From assembly GCA_052327205.1 (NCBI GenBank), contig CM126223.1, positions 65,844,001 through 65,908,000 of the forward strand: a stretch of DNA of 64,000 nucleotides, in the 5' to 3' direction. The notes under the pieces are model-generated. The model had not been told where the DNA came from, ran no database searches, and saw only the letters and a program-made list of their open reading frames with translations. The position numbers and the translations under genes were made by a program. This stretch comes from Somniosus microcephalus. Taxonomy: Eukaryota. Every line of letters begins with the position of its first letter. Position 1 is the stretch's first letter. Of this stretch, positions 39,724 through 51,890 are shown one piece after another.

Positions 39724-40454
39724 GGCCCGTATTTTCCAATCTCAACGGGTGTGTGCACGGTGTACCCACACCCGTAGGGACCTTGCAAGTGCCGGTTTCA
39801 GGCATGCACAGCACATGCGCTGAAAACCGACATTTCCGATCCGTCAAGAATCCTCTTGACAGATCGGACGCCTGCCCTGGAGAAGGGCTTCTGCGGGGGG
39901 AGAGTTCCGCTTTCTGCAGAACCTCCGCCTGCAGAAAACCCTTAAAAATCTTACGCCTGGTAAAAGCAGGGACATAAGGCCTGCTTTTGCCAGCATAAGA
40001 GTTTAAAAAAGTAAAAAAATATTTCCCCCCCCCCCCCACTCATTTATAATTTAAAAATACTTTAAAAAAGGTAAATTTTTAGCCCCCTAAAACTAATTTT
40101 TCCCCCCCAAAAATAATTCTTTAAAATTTAATTTAATGTAATTTTAACTAATTTTAAAAAGGTGATTTAAAAAATGTTTTGATGTGTTTTTTCAGTGATC
40201 CCCATTCATACTATTGACAGATCTAACCTGTCAAAAGTATGAAGGGGGATTCCCTTCTTTTATTGGTTCCCCATGGCCCACGTGATCCCAGGGACGCTTG
40301 TGAACTGCATGCGCCCCTGGGATACGTGGGTCCTGCGCATTTCGTACAGCAGAGGCCCAGGAGCGGAACCTCCGAAGCCCTCCGGTAAGGGCGTAGATTT
40401 TTTCCAGATCGGAGGCATCGCATGCAGGAAGCCTCCAATCGGAAAATGCGGGCC
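39724..40454. mobile_element. Harbinger-type MITE (second family)
   Basis: TIR GGCCCG(T/C)ATTTTCC, ATA TSD. Confidence 0.85.
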
Positions 40455-42204
40455 ATAGTATTTAACCCAACAAATTGGACAGGAGATAAAAGATGTTTGG
40501 TTTAACACTGATGGTATAAACCCGCGCAATGGTGCAACCTTCTGAAAGATACTGCAGATCTTCTTAATCTGTTTTGGCTGCAGTCTGAAAGTCAACTTTT
40601 TCCGCTCATACTCTTAAAGTAGGAAAATAACAATCTGCGGATTCAATGAGGGGAGGGTATTTTGTAACAGTATGAAGGCATCTCTGCACCCTCTTAAAGC
40701 CTTTTCAGTTCAGGTCAATATCAGCATCTAGATATCTGGAAATAAGTGTCTCCTGCTCCATTTGAAATACAGCTCCAGAGCTGACTTGGGTGTGCAGTAA
40801 CTGTATGTTGTTATATAAACCAGAACAATTTTTTGAGGTACTGTTCTTTTAAATACAGAAGGACTTGCTCTCGCCAGTGTTCAGGCGGACTTTTCAAGCT
40901 TTCACGGAAGATGTTGCATCTTCCAAAAATTGGACTAGTGTAGACTGGAACATCACAGCGAGAAAGAAACTCGGCTATATTTTTAAATTCACACAGGCTG
41001 TTATAGAAGAAGTTAGAAGAAAACACTTTTGTCATAGCAAGTGTCCTGTAAGGCATTTGTATACAAGAAATCAGCACAATTACATGAATGATGAAATGAC
41101 ATTAAATGTTTTATGAACTGCATCTATTGCAACTTAAAAAAAAAAAAAAAAATTTGAGCAAAAAAGTTAATTGAAACCCCCAAATCTTCACACTGGAGAA
41201 GCAGAGTGGCTCTTGGAACACAAGCATCCCCTGGCAAGATTAGGAAAGAATTCCAGAGATAACTGTTTCAGACTGCTCCAGAAATGAAACCCCCTCCCAG
41301 AACTCCCAGTTACAGTAACAATAGACGAGACTGATTCTCTTGCTGCGTGATGAACCTATTCTGACAGCATTTATCTTACAAAATTTCAAGATAAATGAGT
41401 TACTGTACATATATGCCATTTCCCAGCCAACAGCACAGAGACATACCAGCTCCCGCATTTTTGAAGCTGTTTCATTAAAGACTGAACTTCAACGTAGAAC
41501 ATTACATGGAAAGTTCCACAATGTTGTGCCATCTCTTTACATACAAAACTACTATGAAATGCAACTTTGACCACAAACCACAGTTGTAAACTTTGACGTC
41601 ACACCAGGTTTCACTTCTTTCCAATTCTGCAAACTGACAGAATTCTTATAAACATGCCCTTGCAAAAGAAATTTGTGTTCTCTGAAATAAATTGCAACAG
41701 ACTAACAAATGGTAAGCTTTCATATACCTCAGTGCATGAGAATTAAATACATATAGTGACTCTCATGAAAGTCAATTTTTAAACAGCATTAGAAGAAAAA
41801 AAAATTAACCTAATTTTTAATTTAGTTTAAGTTGCTAAAATAGGTAGGCCTAGAATAGATTTAAGGAAAAGGGATTACGTATCCTGTAGTAGCAACGAAG
41901 GACAACCAGTTTTATCCTTGTCCTCCGACCTTCAATGTGTATTAACTATAACTAATTTAAAGCCTAATTGCATTTAATCTGTACATTTCTATTTTCTGAT
42001 ACTTGAAGTGGAACCATCTAGCCTGTCTGGGCCTAATGTGTTCAATATAGGCCTGAAACTCTTGCATGCTCAAGATTATTGGCAAAAACAGTGCCCACTA
42101 TTAAAGGTCAACAGGCTTCTTCTCTTTAAATGATTAATTTTACAACAATGCCCCAATGAACTGCTTCATACATTATCACTGAAATCAGTAAGTATGTCCA
42201 ATTG

Positions 42205-42492
42205 CCCTGCACCCCTTCCAAGGCCAACCTATCTTTCCTGAGGCGTGGTACCCAAAAGTGAATGCAGTACTCCAGATGGGGTCTGATGAAGGTTCTGTAC
42301 AACTGAAGCATTACTTCTTAATTTTTTTAAATTCCAAACCCACTTGAAGTGAAGGCCCACATTCTATTTGCATTTTGTAGCTGTGTGCACATGGACACCT
42401 ACAGCCCTTTGCTCCTCCACAGCTCCGCACATGGACACCTACAGCCCTTTGCTCCTCCACAGCTCCTAGTCTCTCTCCATTAAGAATATAGG
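42205..42492 (-). mobile_element. CR1 fragment with an internal 40-bp tandem duplication (42387-42466)
   Basis: RPHLEYCIHFW motif; two identical 40-mers. Confidence 0.8.
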
Positions 42493-44212
42493 ACAATCTC
42501 AGTATACCATTGGACTGGCTCGGCTTTCTTTACACTGGGTATAGAAGCAATGGGTTAAAGTTACCCTGCAGTCAAGTGCAATGTAAAATAATTTTGTGAT
42601 GTATGGTGTCTTCTGTGGTAAGGAGCCAAGATGCAGAAATTCTCAAGAAACGTATTCTTAATTAGGAAAAGATATAAAAGACTAAAAAGGTACAGTGGTC
42701 ATTGCCTTTTGTACCACAGAATGCTGCCTCTGACTCCACAAGGAGAAAAATAAGAAAAAATGCAATAGTGCTGGATCAAGGAACGTACAAGGTTTCTCGG
42801 GGGGGGGGGGGGGGCAATCTAACCTGACGCAAAACATCACACATAGCCAAACTGGTATACGGTACTGCACCAATGGATTCTGACAGACAATAAAATTGGG
42901 CTGAGGCATATAATTTAGAAAGGATGGGAGATGGTTAATATAGGACGTTCAACTGTATTTACGAACAATTTGTGTTATAAACACTAGAAAGGGCAGCACT
43001 TCAAATAAACAAAAGTTACCATTTTTGGTGTAACTCCCTCACTGTTTACAAAGCCTGTACAATACAAAAGTGGCTCATTCTGGAATGCTAAACATGCCTT
43101 TTTTGTGCGACAATATACCAAAACTATTTTTCTTTGTGTGGGGTGGAGTGGACCAGGGCAAGGGAAGAAGAAAAACACAGTAGCGATCTAATTCTTGGCA
43201 ATGTATGAAAAAGAGCAGAGTTATATGTCAAAATTAATAAATTGCGACGTCCTGGTCTTGTTGCAAGTTGCTATACAACAGCCATATGTTGGACAATTAA
43301 TTTATTCTTCTCCACACCCACCACTACATAGTTATGTACAACATTCTAATTATAATGCATATACTACTACCTGCATTATAGCTCATGTTCCTCTGTGCTC
43401 CATACTTCAAAATTAAATTAGTATGTTCCAAAATTGGATTGCAGCTAGGATAATACGCACATCATTACATTAATTTAAAATATTTTTAATGAAATAGCCG
43501 ATTAGTTGAGGATTTAATATGTTAAGAACACATGATCAAAGAAATAGGAGTAGGAGTAGGCCATTCAATTGTCAGCTTCAATTCCGCACACCGTGAAATC
43601 AGATTTTATTCAGGTTTTGGGGCAGACACTGTGCAGCAAATGTTTACTGCTGTAATGACAGAAGTTTTAATTATGCACAGGTCTGAAGTAAACTGCTGGT
43701 GTCCTGCTTGGTTACGCAGCCTACATCCAAACCTAGAAATAAGAATTAAGCGCACATCATTTGTATTAAAGATTAAGCTGCAAATTCAAAACAAATGCAC
43801 ATGCACAGATATGGAATGAAATGGGTCTGTCATACATTTCACATCAAACTATCCATATGCTGTAAAAGGAGCATCAACAGCTATAGACAAATTTCTCTCA
43901 TCTTTCAGTCATGCTTGTGTGTAAATTGAGGAGATGCCTGCTACTCCCTACATTACACTCAACTGTTGAAGATTACAGTCTGCCAAATTATAGTATGCAC
44001 CGAAAAACATAAGCAAGATTCTCCTTGAAGGAAAAATGCCGGAATTCTAAGAACACATCTGCAACAATTTGCAATTAGGGATTTCCCTTCTTTTCAATGC
44101 TACACAACACTAACTCGACTCAAATTTCCTCAGGCAATTGTACATTTACCAAAATATAGTGCAAACTCCAATAGAGCCATGCTGTTATTGGAACTGCATA
44201 TCTTACAACCCT

Positions 44213-44350
44213 AACAAAAGCAAAATACTGCGGATGCTGGAAATCTGAAATAAAAACAGAAAATGCTGGAAATACTCAGCAGGTCAGGCAGCATCTGTAG
44301 AGAGAGAAACAGAGTTAATGTTTCAGGTCGATGACCCTTCGTCAGAACTG
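44213..44350 (-). mobile_element. Penelope-like terminal fragment beginning at a hammerhead motif
   Basis: Near-identical to the reverse complement of 47611-47746. Confidence 0.8.
44313..44349 (-). ncRNA. Minimal type I hammerhead ribozyme motif
   Basis: AGUU-CUGACGA-A-GGGUC(AUC)GACCU-GAAA-CAUU-AACU. Confidence 0.6.
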
Positions 44351-45123
44351 TATTTATCTTACCTATTGGGCAAAATAAAAACATTTATAGCCCTCAAAAA
44401 GAATGAGGGCACCTTTCAAAAATAAGCACATTTTAAACTTCACTAGCAGTATCTAAGATATAGCCACAAAGATTACTCAGTTGTGGTTCAAAGACTATGT
44501 GCATAGTCATTTCACATTGTTAAACCCAGTTACCAAATGTACTTGGAAAAATGCTCTCGAGTCTAAATGGTCATGACTATACATTGGACAGGACCTTTCA
44601 TTCCAGGTCGTAATTTTTGAACAATAGATTTTTGATCTATGATGTCCAAAAATATGTTGGTTCATCTTACCATGTTCATTAAATTTTCAACTTACTACAA
44701 ACACCAGCATTTCTGTATTACTTAATGTACCAGATTAGTAGCAGAATAAGGACACAATTAATATCAACATTTAAAAACACCATCAGGAAAAACAATTGAC
44801 ATGAGAACCTTTACTTACAAAACAGTTTTAGTATGCCTCAAAAATCTAAGGAAAACATTTACTAAATAAGGCACTTTCTAAAAGTTGCATGTACATAGGT
44901 AGGTAAAGTCATAAGACCACTAGCATGTTGGGCTTTATAAATAGGGGTATAGAGAACGAGAACAAAGAGGTTATGATAAATTTGTACAAGGCAATGGTTA
45001 ATCCACAGCTAGAGCACCTTGTGCAGTTTGGATGCCCCATTACATAAAGGACATTAAAGTATAGCAAGCATTTCACATTGATTCACCAGGATGATACGAG
45101 GGATAGGAAACTATAGTTATGAG

Positions 45124-46812
45124 CAATGTTCCCGCTAAGGTGTGTGCGCGCGTGGCCGTGCATTAATGTGAAAGGTCCTGCACAGGCCGCTCACCGGCTT
45201 TTATATTTTAAGAACATAAGAAATAGGAGCAGGAGTAGGCCATTCAGCCCTTCGAGCCTGCTCTGCCATTCAATGAGATCATGGCTGATCTTCTGCCTCA
45301 ATTCCATTCACCGGTCCTATCGCCATATCCCTTGATGCCCTTACTAGTCAGAAATCTATCGACTTCTGTTTTGAATATACCCAATGACCGAGCCTCCACA
45401 GCCCTCTGGGGTAGAGAATTCCAAAGATTCACCACCCTCTGTGTGAAGAAATTTCTTCTCATCTCAGTCCTGAATGGCCTACCCTTTATCCTGAGGCTGT
45501 GGCCCTTGGTCCTAGACTCCCCAGCCAAGGGAAACATTCTCCCAGCATCCATCCCATCAAGCCCTGTAATAATTGTGTATGCTTCAATGAGATCCCCTCT
45601 CATTCTTCTGAATTCAAGAGAATACAGGCCTAGTTTACTCAATCTCTTCTCATACGGCAGTCCCGCCATCCCAGGAATCAATCTCGTGAACCTTCGTTGC
45701 ACACCCTTTATGGCAAGTATATCCTTCTTTAGGTAAGGAAACCAGAATTGTACACAGTACTCCAGGTGTGGTCTCACCAAGCCCCTATATAATTGAGTAA
45801 GACTTCTTTACTCCTGTATTCAAATTCTCTTGTAATGAAGGCCAGCATACCATTTGCCCTCCTAATAGCTTGCTGCACCTGCACATTCACTTTCAGTGTC
45901 TCATGTACAAGGACACCCAGGTCCCTTTGAGCATCTGCATTCTCCAATCTTTCACCATTTAGGAAATACTCTGCCTTTGTTTTTTCTACCAAAGTAGATA
46001 ACTTCACATTTATCCACATTATATCCCATTTGTCATGTTCTCGCCCACTCACTGAGCCTGTCGAGATCCCCTTGAAGCCTCTTCACATCCTCTTAGCAAC
46101 TGACACTGCCACCTAGCTTCATGTCATCAGCAAATTTGGAAATGTTACATTTAGTCCCCTCATCCAAATCATTGATATAGATTGTGAATAGCTGGGGCCC
46201 AAGCACCGATCCTTGCGGTACCCCACTAGTCACAGCCTGCCAGCCTGAAAAAGACCCATTTATCCCTACTCTTGTTTTCTGTCTGTTAACCAATTCTCAA
46301 TCCATGCTAGTATATTACCCCCAATTCCATGTGCCCTAATTTTGTTCACCAACCTCTTGTGTGGGACCTTATCGAAGGCCTTCTGAAAATCCAAATACAC
46401 CACATCTACCGGTTCCCCTTTGTATACTCCACTAGTTACATCCTCAAAGAACTCCAATAGGTTTGTCAAACAGGATTTCCCTTTCATAAATCCATGTTGA
46501 CCCTACCCAATCTTACTATTAGTTTCTAAGTGCCCAGTTATTGCAACCTTTATAATAGATTCCAGCATTTTCCCAACTACTGACGTGAGGCTAACAGGTC
46601 TGTAGTTCCCCGTTTTCTCTCTCCCTCCTTTCTTAAATAGCAGGATTACATTTGCTATCCTCCAATCTGCAGGAACTGTTCCAGAATCTATAGAATTTTG
46701 GAAGATGACAACCAATGCGTCGTAAATACCACGCATGCGCAGAAGTTTAAAGGGCCCACACACTAAAAGAAACAGGCCGAGCAGAACAAAGCACAGCTTA
46801 CATGGAACATTG
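45124..46812. mobile_element. hAT-like MITE, itself interrupted by a CR1
   Basis: TIR CAATGTTCC / GGAACATTG; 8-bp TSD GTTATGAG / ATTACGAG (6/8). Confidence 0.75.
45210..46720 (-). mobile_element. CR1 LINE RT fragment with 3' tail
   Basis: Frameshifted ORFs with YRPVSLTSVV, DFQKAFDKV, KFADD and LEYCVQFW. Confidence 0.93.
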
Positions 46813-47355
46813 ATTACGAGTTTAAAAAAAAAAAGAAACTTGAGATTCTGGAAATATTTCCACTGGAGCAGAAAAAGCCAAGAGAAGATTTAAAAGGAGG
46901 TTTTTAAAACAATAAAAAAAGATTTTGATGGAGTGAAAAGGGAGAGACCATTTCTTCAGGTTGAGGAATCAGTGACAGGGAGCCATCAATTCAAGTAAGA
47001 GCGAGGAGAGAAGCTGGAAGAAATGTCTTTATGTAGAAAGAGCATGAAATGCTTTGCCACAGGGTGTGGTTGAGTCAGAGATCACTACGTATTTTAAGGG
47101 AAGAGTAGATAAACACTTGGAGTAGATAATGACGTAGGGCTATGGGGAGAAAGCAGGGCAGTGAGATTAGTTTTGGATTGCTCTAGCAAAGATGGGACAC
47201 AGACCAGATAGGCCAAATGGGCTCCTCCCGTGCTGTAAGCTTCTATGGTTGTACAAATCTCATGGGCAGTTTACACGTATGATTATACTGGAATCAAAAC
47301 ACAAGATGCTGGGAATACTCAGCAGGTCAGGCAGCATCTGTGGAGAGAGAAACAG

Positions 47356-47392
47356 AGTTAACGTTTCAGGTCGATGACCTTTCGTCAGAACT
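47356..47392 (-). ncRNA. Minimal type I hammerhead ribozyme motif
   Basis: AGUU-CUGACGA-A-AGGUC(AUC)GACCU-GAAA-CGUU-AACU. Confidence 0.7.
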
Positions 47393-47611
47393 GGAAAAAG
47401 TTGGAGATGGAACAGATTTTTCCGCAAGTGTAGGGGCAGGGAAAGTGGGGAGGGGAGGAAAGAACAAAAGGGAGGGTCTGTGATAGGGTGGAAGGCAGGA
47501 GAGATTAAGAGACAAAAGGGGTGATGGTGCAAGACCTTCCCTTTCGTTCTTTCCCCCCCTCTCCCCGCCCCTACACTTGCGGAAAAACCTGTTCCATCTC
47601 CAGCTTTTTCC

Positions 47612-47648
47612 AGTTCTGACGAAGGGTCATCGACCTGAAACGTTAACT
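47612..47648 (+). ncRNA. Minimal type I hammerhead ribozyme motif
   Basis: AGUU-CUGACGA-A-GGGUC(AUC)GACCU-GAAA-CGUU-AACU. Confidence 0.7.
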
Positions 47649-48208
47649 CCGTTTCTCTCTCCACAGATGCTGCCTGACCTGCTGAGTATTTCCAGCATTT
47701 TCTGTTTTTATTTCAGATTTCCAGCATCCGCAGTATTTTGCTTTTGTACGATTATACTGGACTGGAATCTAGCTTGTAATAACCAATAAAGTGGAAGAAA
47801 GAAACAAAGGCTGCTTTCATACCAACGCTTCTGTATCGATAGCAATGGTTTCAGATGTGGGACGCAAAAGTGGCAGCACAATTTGGGAGCCAGAATGGCG
47901 ATCTGACTCCCAAGGTCCAAACTAATGACAGCACAAAAGTAAACTCGCTGGATTTGCCAAGGCTGCGGACATAAAATGTTTCTACTGTTGTGGTACCGTC
48001 CTGTCTAGCAAGTTAGTTGGAAGAGGGATGCGGAGATACAGTTGGGATTTAGTGGAATATTTGTGCCATGCTTTGTGACATTGATGTTATACATGTTGGG
48101 CTGGATATTATATTTATAATGTTGAATGTTTCTTCTTCAAATGGTATCTGAACACCACCTGTTCACTTCACGGTGTTCCTACATATAGATAGGCTCTTCT
48201 TCAAACTA

Positions 48209-48477
48209 CAGGAAACTCTTTTTTTTAATCCAGCACCGACGGGACCGGCGTGGTACCGGTTGATCAAAAAGTCCGGATTACGGAGAGGTATACTTACTAA
48301 GGTACGAGAGCATGGCCACAGGTGCAGGAACCCCGGTTACACAGTCACAAATCCAGGAACCCCGGTTACACGGCCACTAATATGAAGTAAAACTTACCTG
48401 AACCTACTCCTGAATTTTGCCGGTTAAGAGAGATTTCCGGTTATTTAGGTGCCGGTAAAGAAAGAGAGAGTTTCCTG
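48209..48477. mobile_element. Tc1/mariner-type MITE, related subfamily
   Basis: TIR CAGGAAACTCT / AGAGTTTCCTG with TA flanks. Confidence 0.8.
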
Positions 48478-50171
48478 TATACAGCAACATTTTATTCTTG
48501 ATGACTGACTTGTTTAATTCTGCAATGTCTGTCAGGATACCAGCCTTAATTTAGAGCATTTAGGTTTTCAAAAGGTTTAAAAAACCCTGCTAAGTATGGA
48601 AACAACCAAAATAAGCAAAAAGGGAAGTTCATATTTCAGAAACTCAACTTTTTAAAAACAAAACACTCACAGCTTCTGATTCTCATTGTGCAAAAACCTC
48701 TTTATCCTGTGTACACGTGCCTGGTTTTTCAAGCTTTCAAACTGTTGCTAACCAGATGGTTTGGGGTTTTATTTACACTGAAGAAAAGTTACTACTCTTT
48801 GTCTTTGACCGGTTTGTTTAGCTAAAAAAAAGTGCGGTTAAAGTGAACAAAGCAAACAACTGCACTGCTCCCCAATAAAGAGAGCACATTCAGTGTTTCT
48901 GGTTAGTCTCTCTCCTTTCTCACTCTCTCTCTTTGTCTGCAATCAAGTACAAGGATTCAATTTGCTGTGCATAAAAGTTTACCTTCCCTAATTTGCAATC
49001 TCAGAATGTTATTAGTGATGAAAGTGCCCATGAACCTGCTCAATGTGAAAGCAAATTGCTTTGGTTCTGTCTCACAGCACTAATGAAAATCGCTGGTTTT
49101 AATTGTAATTAATTTACTGCTCTGTTAAGTGCACCTATTCAATCACTCGCTTTCATTTTAAAAATGTAAAGAAAAGGCCATTGTACAGCAGCTCGTCAAA
49201 GTCAATTCGGCTCTAAAGGCGACCATTATTAACAGTTTCACAATCAGGCTTTCAGGCAACAATACCACTCCAACAGTAAATGAGAGCAGCCTCTTTAATC
49301 TTATTGAAACACATCCTCATTCAGGAGCTGACATCAAGGAAACCACTGGTAAAAAATAAAAATAAATTTAAAAACACTTTCTCAGAGGGTTATTAAATTT
49401 ACAAACTAAAATTATCCACTGCTTTATAGATTGAATTAATAATTCACAACAAAGGTTTCTGGATTGAAACCAGATTAAGACCACAGAAATAGAAAAGGCA
49501 AGTCCAATATACAGATGAAAAAGAGGTTTATAAAGATTATAAAGAAAAAGAATGCCAATCAGGAAAAAGTAAATTTAGAACAGGTATTAGAAAAGCTTCT
49601 TTATCTCCGTTAATAGATTGTTTCAAAAATCTATTGGAATAAAGAGAAAACATTTGGAGTTATGCAAAATATAAATCAGATCTTATACAGTACGATTGTT
49701 AGGAGGCATGGGCTTCGATGTTCAAATGGCCTTTTTCCTTCCTTGACTTTTCTTTCATTATTTTGAGTTTATTTGGCCAAATGGCCACACAACTAGAAAA
49801 GCATTTCCAGAAGAAAAGACATTTAGTTCAATTCATTCACAATAGAACACAATAGTGCCATTTGGATATTTTTCTGCAGCAGAATAAAAGTTGCCAGTAG
49901 GTTCAGAATTAAACCCGAGCCTTTCTTCTGATTTCTGGGTCTCCCCCAACTCTATCCTTGGTACCTCTAATGGAGACTGTACTACTAAAAAGCAATACGG
50001 AAACGAGAGACAAAAATACAAGAACAGTAACTGAGGCAAGGCATGGAAAATACAAACTGCAAAGTGGATAGAAAGAACAGAAAGAAGGGCACACCAAATT
50101 TATCCAATGAACTCCGAGGTGTGGTCTGGTGTCACACAGACCAGAAAGGTCTCAGTTTTAGTCCCCACACT

Positions 50172-50292
50172 CCTCCTCATATTATATAGTGGAAAGAAAG
50201 TGCCTATAATTAGCAGGCATAATGCAGAGTCAGTACATGTACAGATCAGTCATCACAGGCATAAAGACAGCACAGAATTTAAAGTCACACAG
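50172..50292. repeat. 120-bp direct repeat, copy 1
   Basis: High identity to 51772-51890. Confidence 0.9.
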
Positions 50293-51771
50293 TAAAAGAG
50301 CTAAACAGGCTGAACGCTGTGCAGCGATACCATTCACATTTACTTGAATACTCATCAGTCTCAGGCAGAATGGGCACAAATGCCTGATCTTGGATTGTAG
50401 ATCGTGCCCGACAGTGCTGGTCACATCAACAGCTCACTCAACGTCCGCTGCAACACCATTGTCAAATGGAGAGCCAAAGGCTCAGTCAGTCTGCAGCACA
50501 TCATCCCGGCTGAGGAGCCCTGCAGCCAAGGGGGGGGGGGGGGGGGGGAAAGGGGCGGTTAAATTTGTGCGCGTCAGATTTGGTGCTTACAGTGTCTATT
50601 GGTACACCGCCAGGTACTTAACCTTCTTCCCTAACTGTCATTATGTATTAAAGAACTACAACATTGCTATTACAGGTTGAGAGAAATAATGTATCCTTCA
50701 CTACAAGAAATTCTATGCCCAGTATACATCCTAAGCTAATATAGCTGAAGCCTGTGGGCACAAAAGCTCCACACCAGATGATCAGAAGCAAACTGCATCA
50801 CTCCTTAAAAACTGGTTATTTTAGTAACTTGCACATGGGAACACATTCTATAAAAAGCAATGTCCCTATTTAACATGTCCTATTTAATTAGTGCCAACTG
50901 TATAGGCCATTTACATGCAAGCAGGATGACAGAATTTCAAACCTCACACCATTCAGCACAGAAGGGGATTCAGGTCAGCCTGCTAGCAGCTACCATGTCC
51001 GCCAAGGCCAGACTGACTATATATAGTTAAGCTATGCCCAGCATTTTATAGAGCTGTGCTCTCCACTTTCCTCAACTGGTCACCGTGATAGAAACAGCCT
51101 CAAGCAGGCAGGGCAGCTTGTACCAGGAACAATAATAATGAAATGAGACTCTGACATTTTTCTGATACAATCAAAGTTCTCTCCAGTTTGTTAAATCATC
51201 AATCGCTTTCTACCATTTTCCAGGAATCCGATATGGCAGTTTTACTGGATATGCCACTCCCAGTTCAGAAACTGGCAAACCTTCAAAGCACTGACTGAAA
51301 TAAGGTTTTTCCTGCAGTCCTGTTTTTGCCCTAAAAACAGGAGTGCATGATCTACACTTTAGAATATTTATAGGCATGTCCCCTATAATTCCACTCTACA
51401 AAAGAATTATTTATCAGAAAATTCTAGATATACAGTTTGCCCATCCCAAATCCCGTCTGCTTTCCTGAACTCTCATTTATACTGGGGTATGGGGGCAACC
51501 AGCCCTGCAGAAGCACTAGTGACTATTCACGTGTGGGTCCGGACTTGAGCGCTGGCAGGCTGTTCCACTGGTTTCTTTGGGGGTAGGTGGTGCCACACGG
51601 TCAAGCCAGATATCGTCCTCTAAAATGCACACCTACCAACAGGGGTCACTCGATCATGATCAGGAGCAAAACACATGGCTGATTTACAGCCACCCCACCC
51701 CCTGCCTCGAGTCCAGGGATTTTCTTGGGTAATAAAATACAAAATGAGTGGAATGTCATTTTAAAAATTCC

Positions 51772-51890
51772 CCTCCTCATATTATAGTGGAAGCAAAGTG
51801 CCTATAATTAGCAGACATAATGCAGAGTCAGTGCATGTACAGGTCAGTCATCACAGGCATAAAGACAGCACAGAATTTAAAGTCACACAG
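51772..51890. repeat. 120-bp direct repeat, copy 2
   Basis: High identity to 50172-50292. Confidence 0.9.

Larger units (their letters stand above)
44900..47250 (+). mobile_element. Old CR1 fragment split by the hAT MITE (pieces about 44900-45123 and 46813-47250)
   Basis: Decayed CR1 ORF2 C-terminus continues across the insertion. Confidence 0.7.
47293..47745. mobile_element. Penelope-like element remnant with inverted pseudo-LTR arms
   Basis: About 190-bp inverted arms; flanking 16-bp duplication GTA(T/C)GATTATACTGGA; hammerhead motif in each arm. Confidence 0.8.

Noticed and set aside
50225-50262. Box C/D snoRNA (GTGATGA..CTGA on minus)
   Set aside because: Boxes are only about 25 nt apart with no terminal stem; too short.
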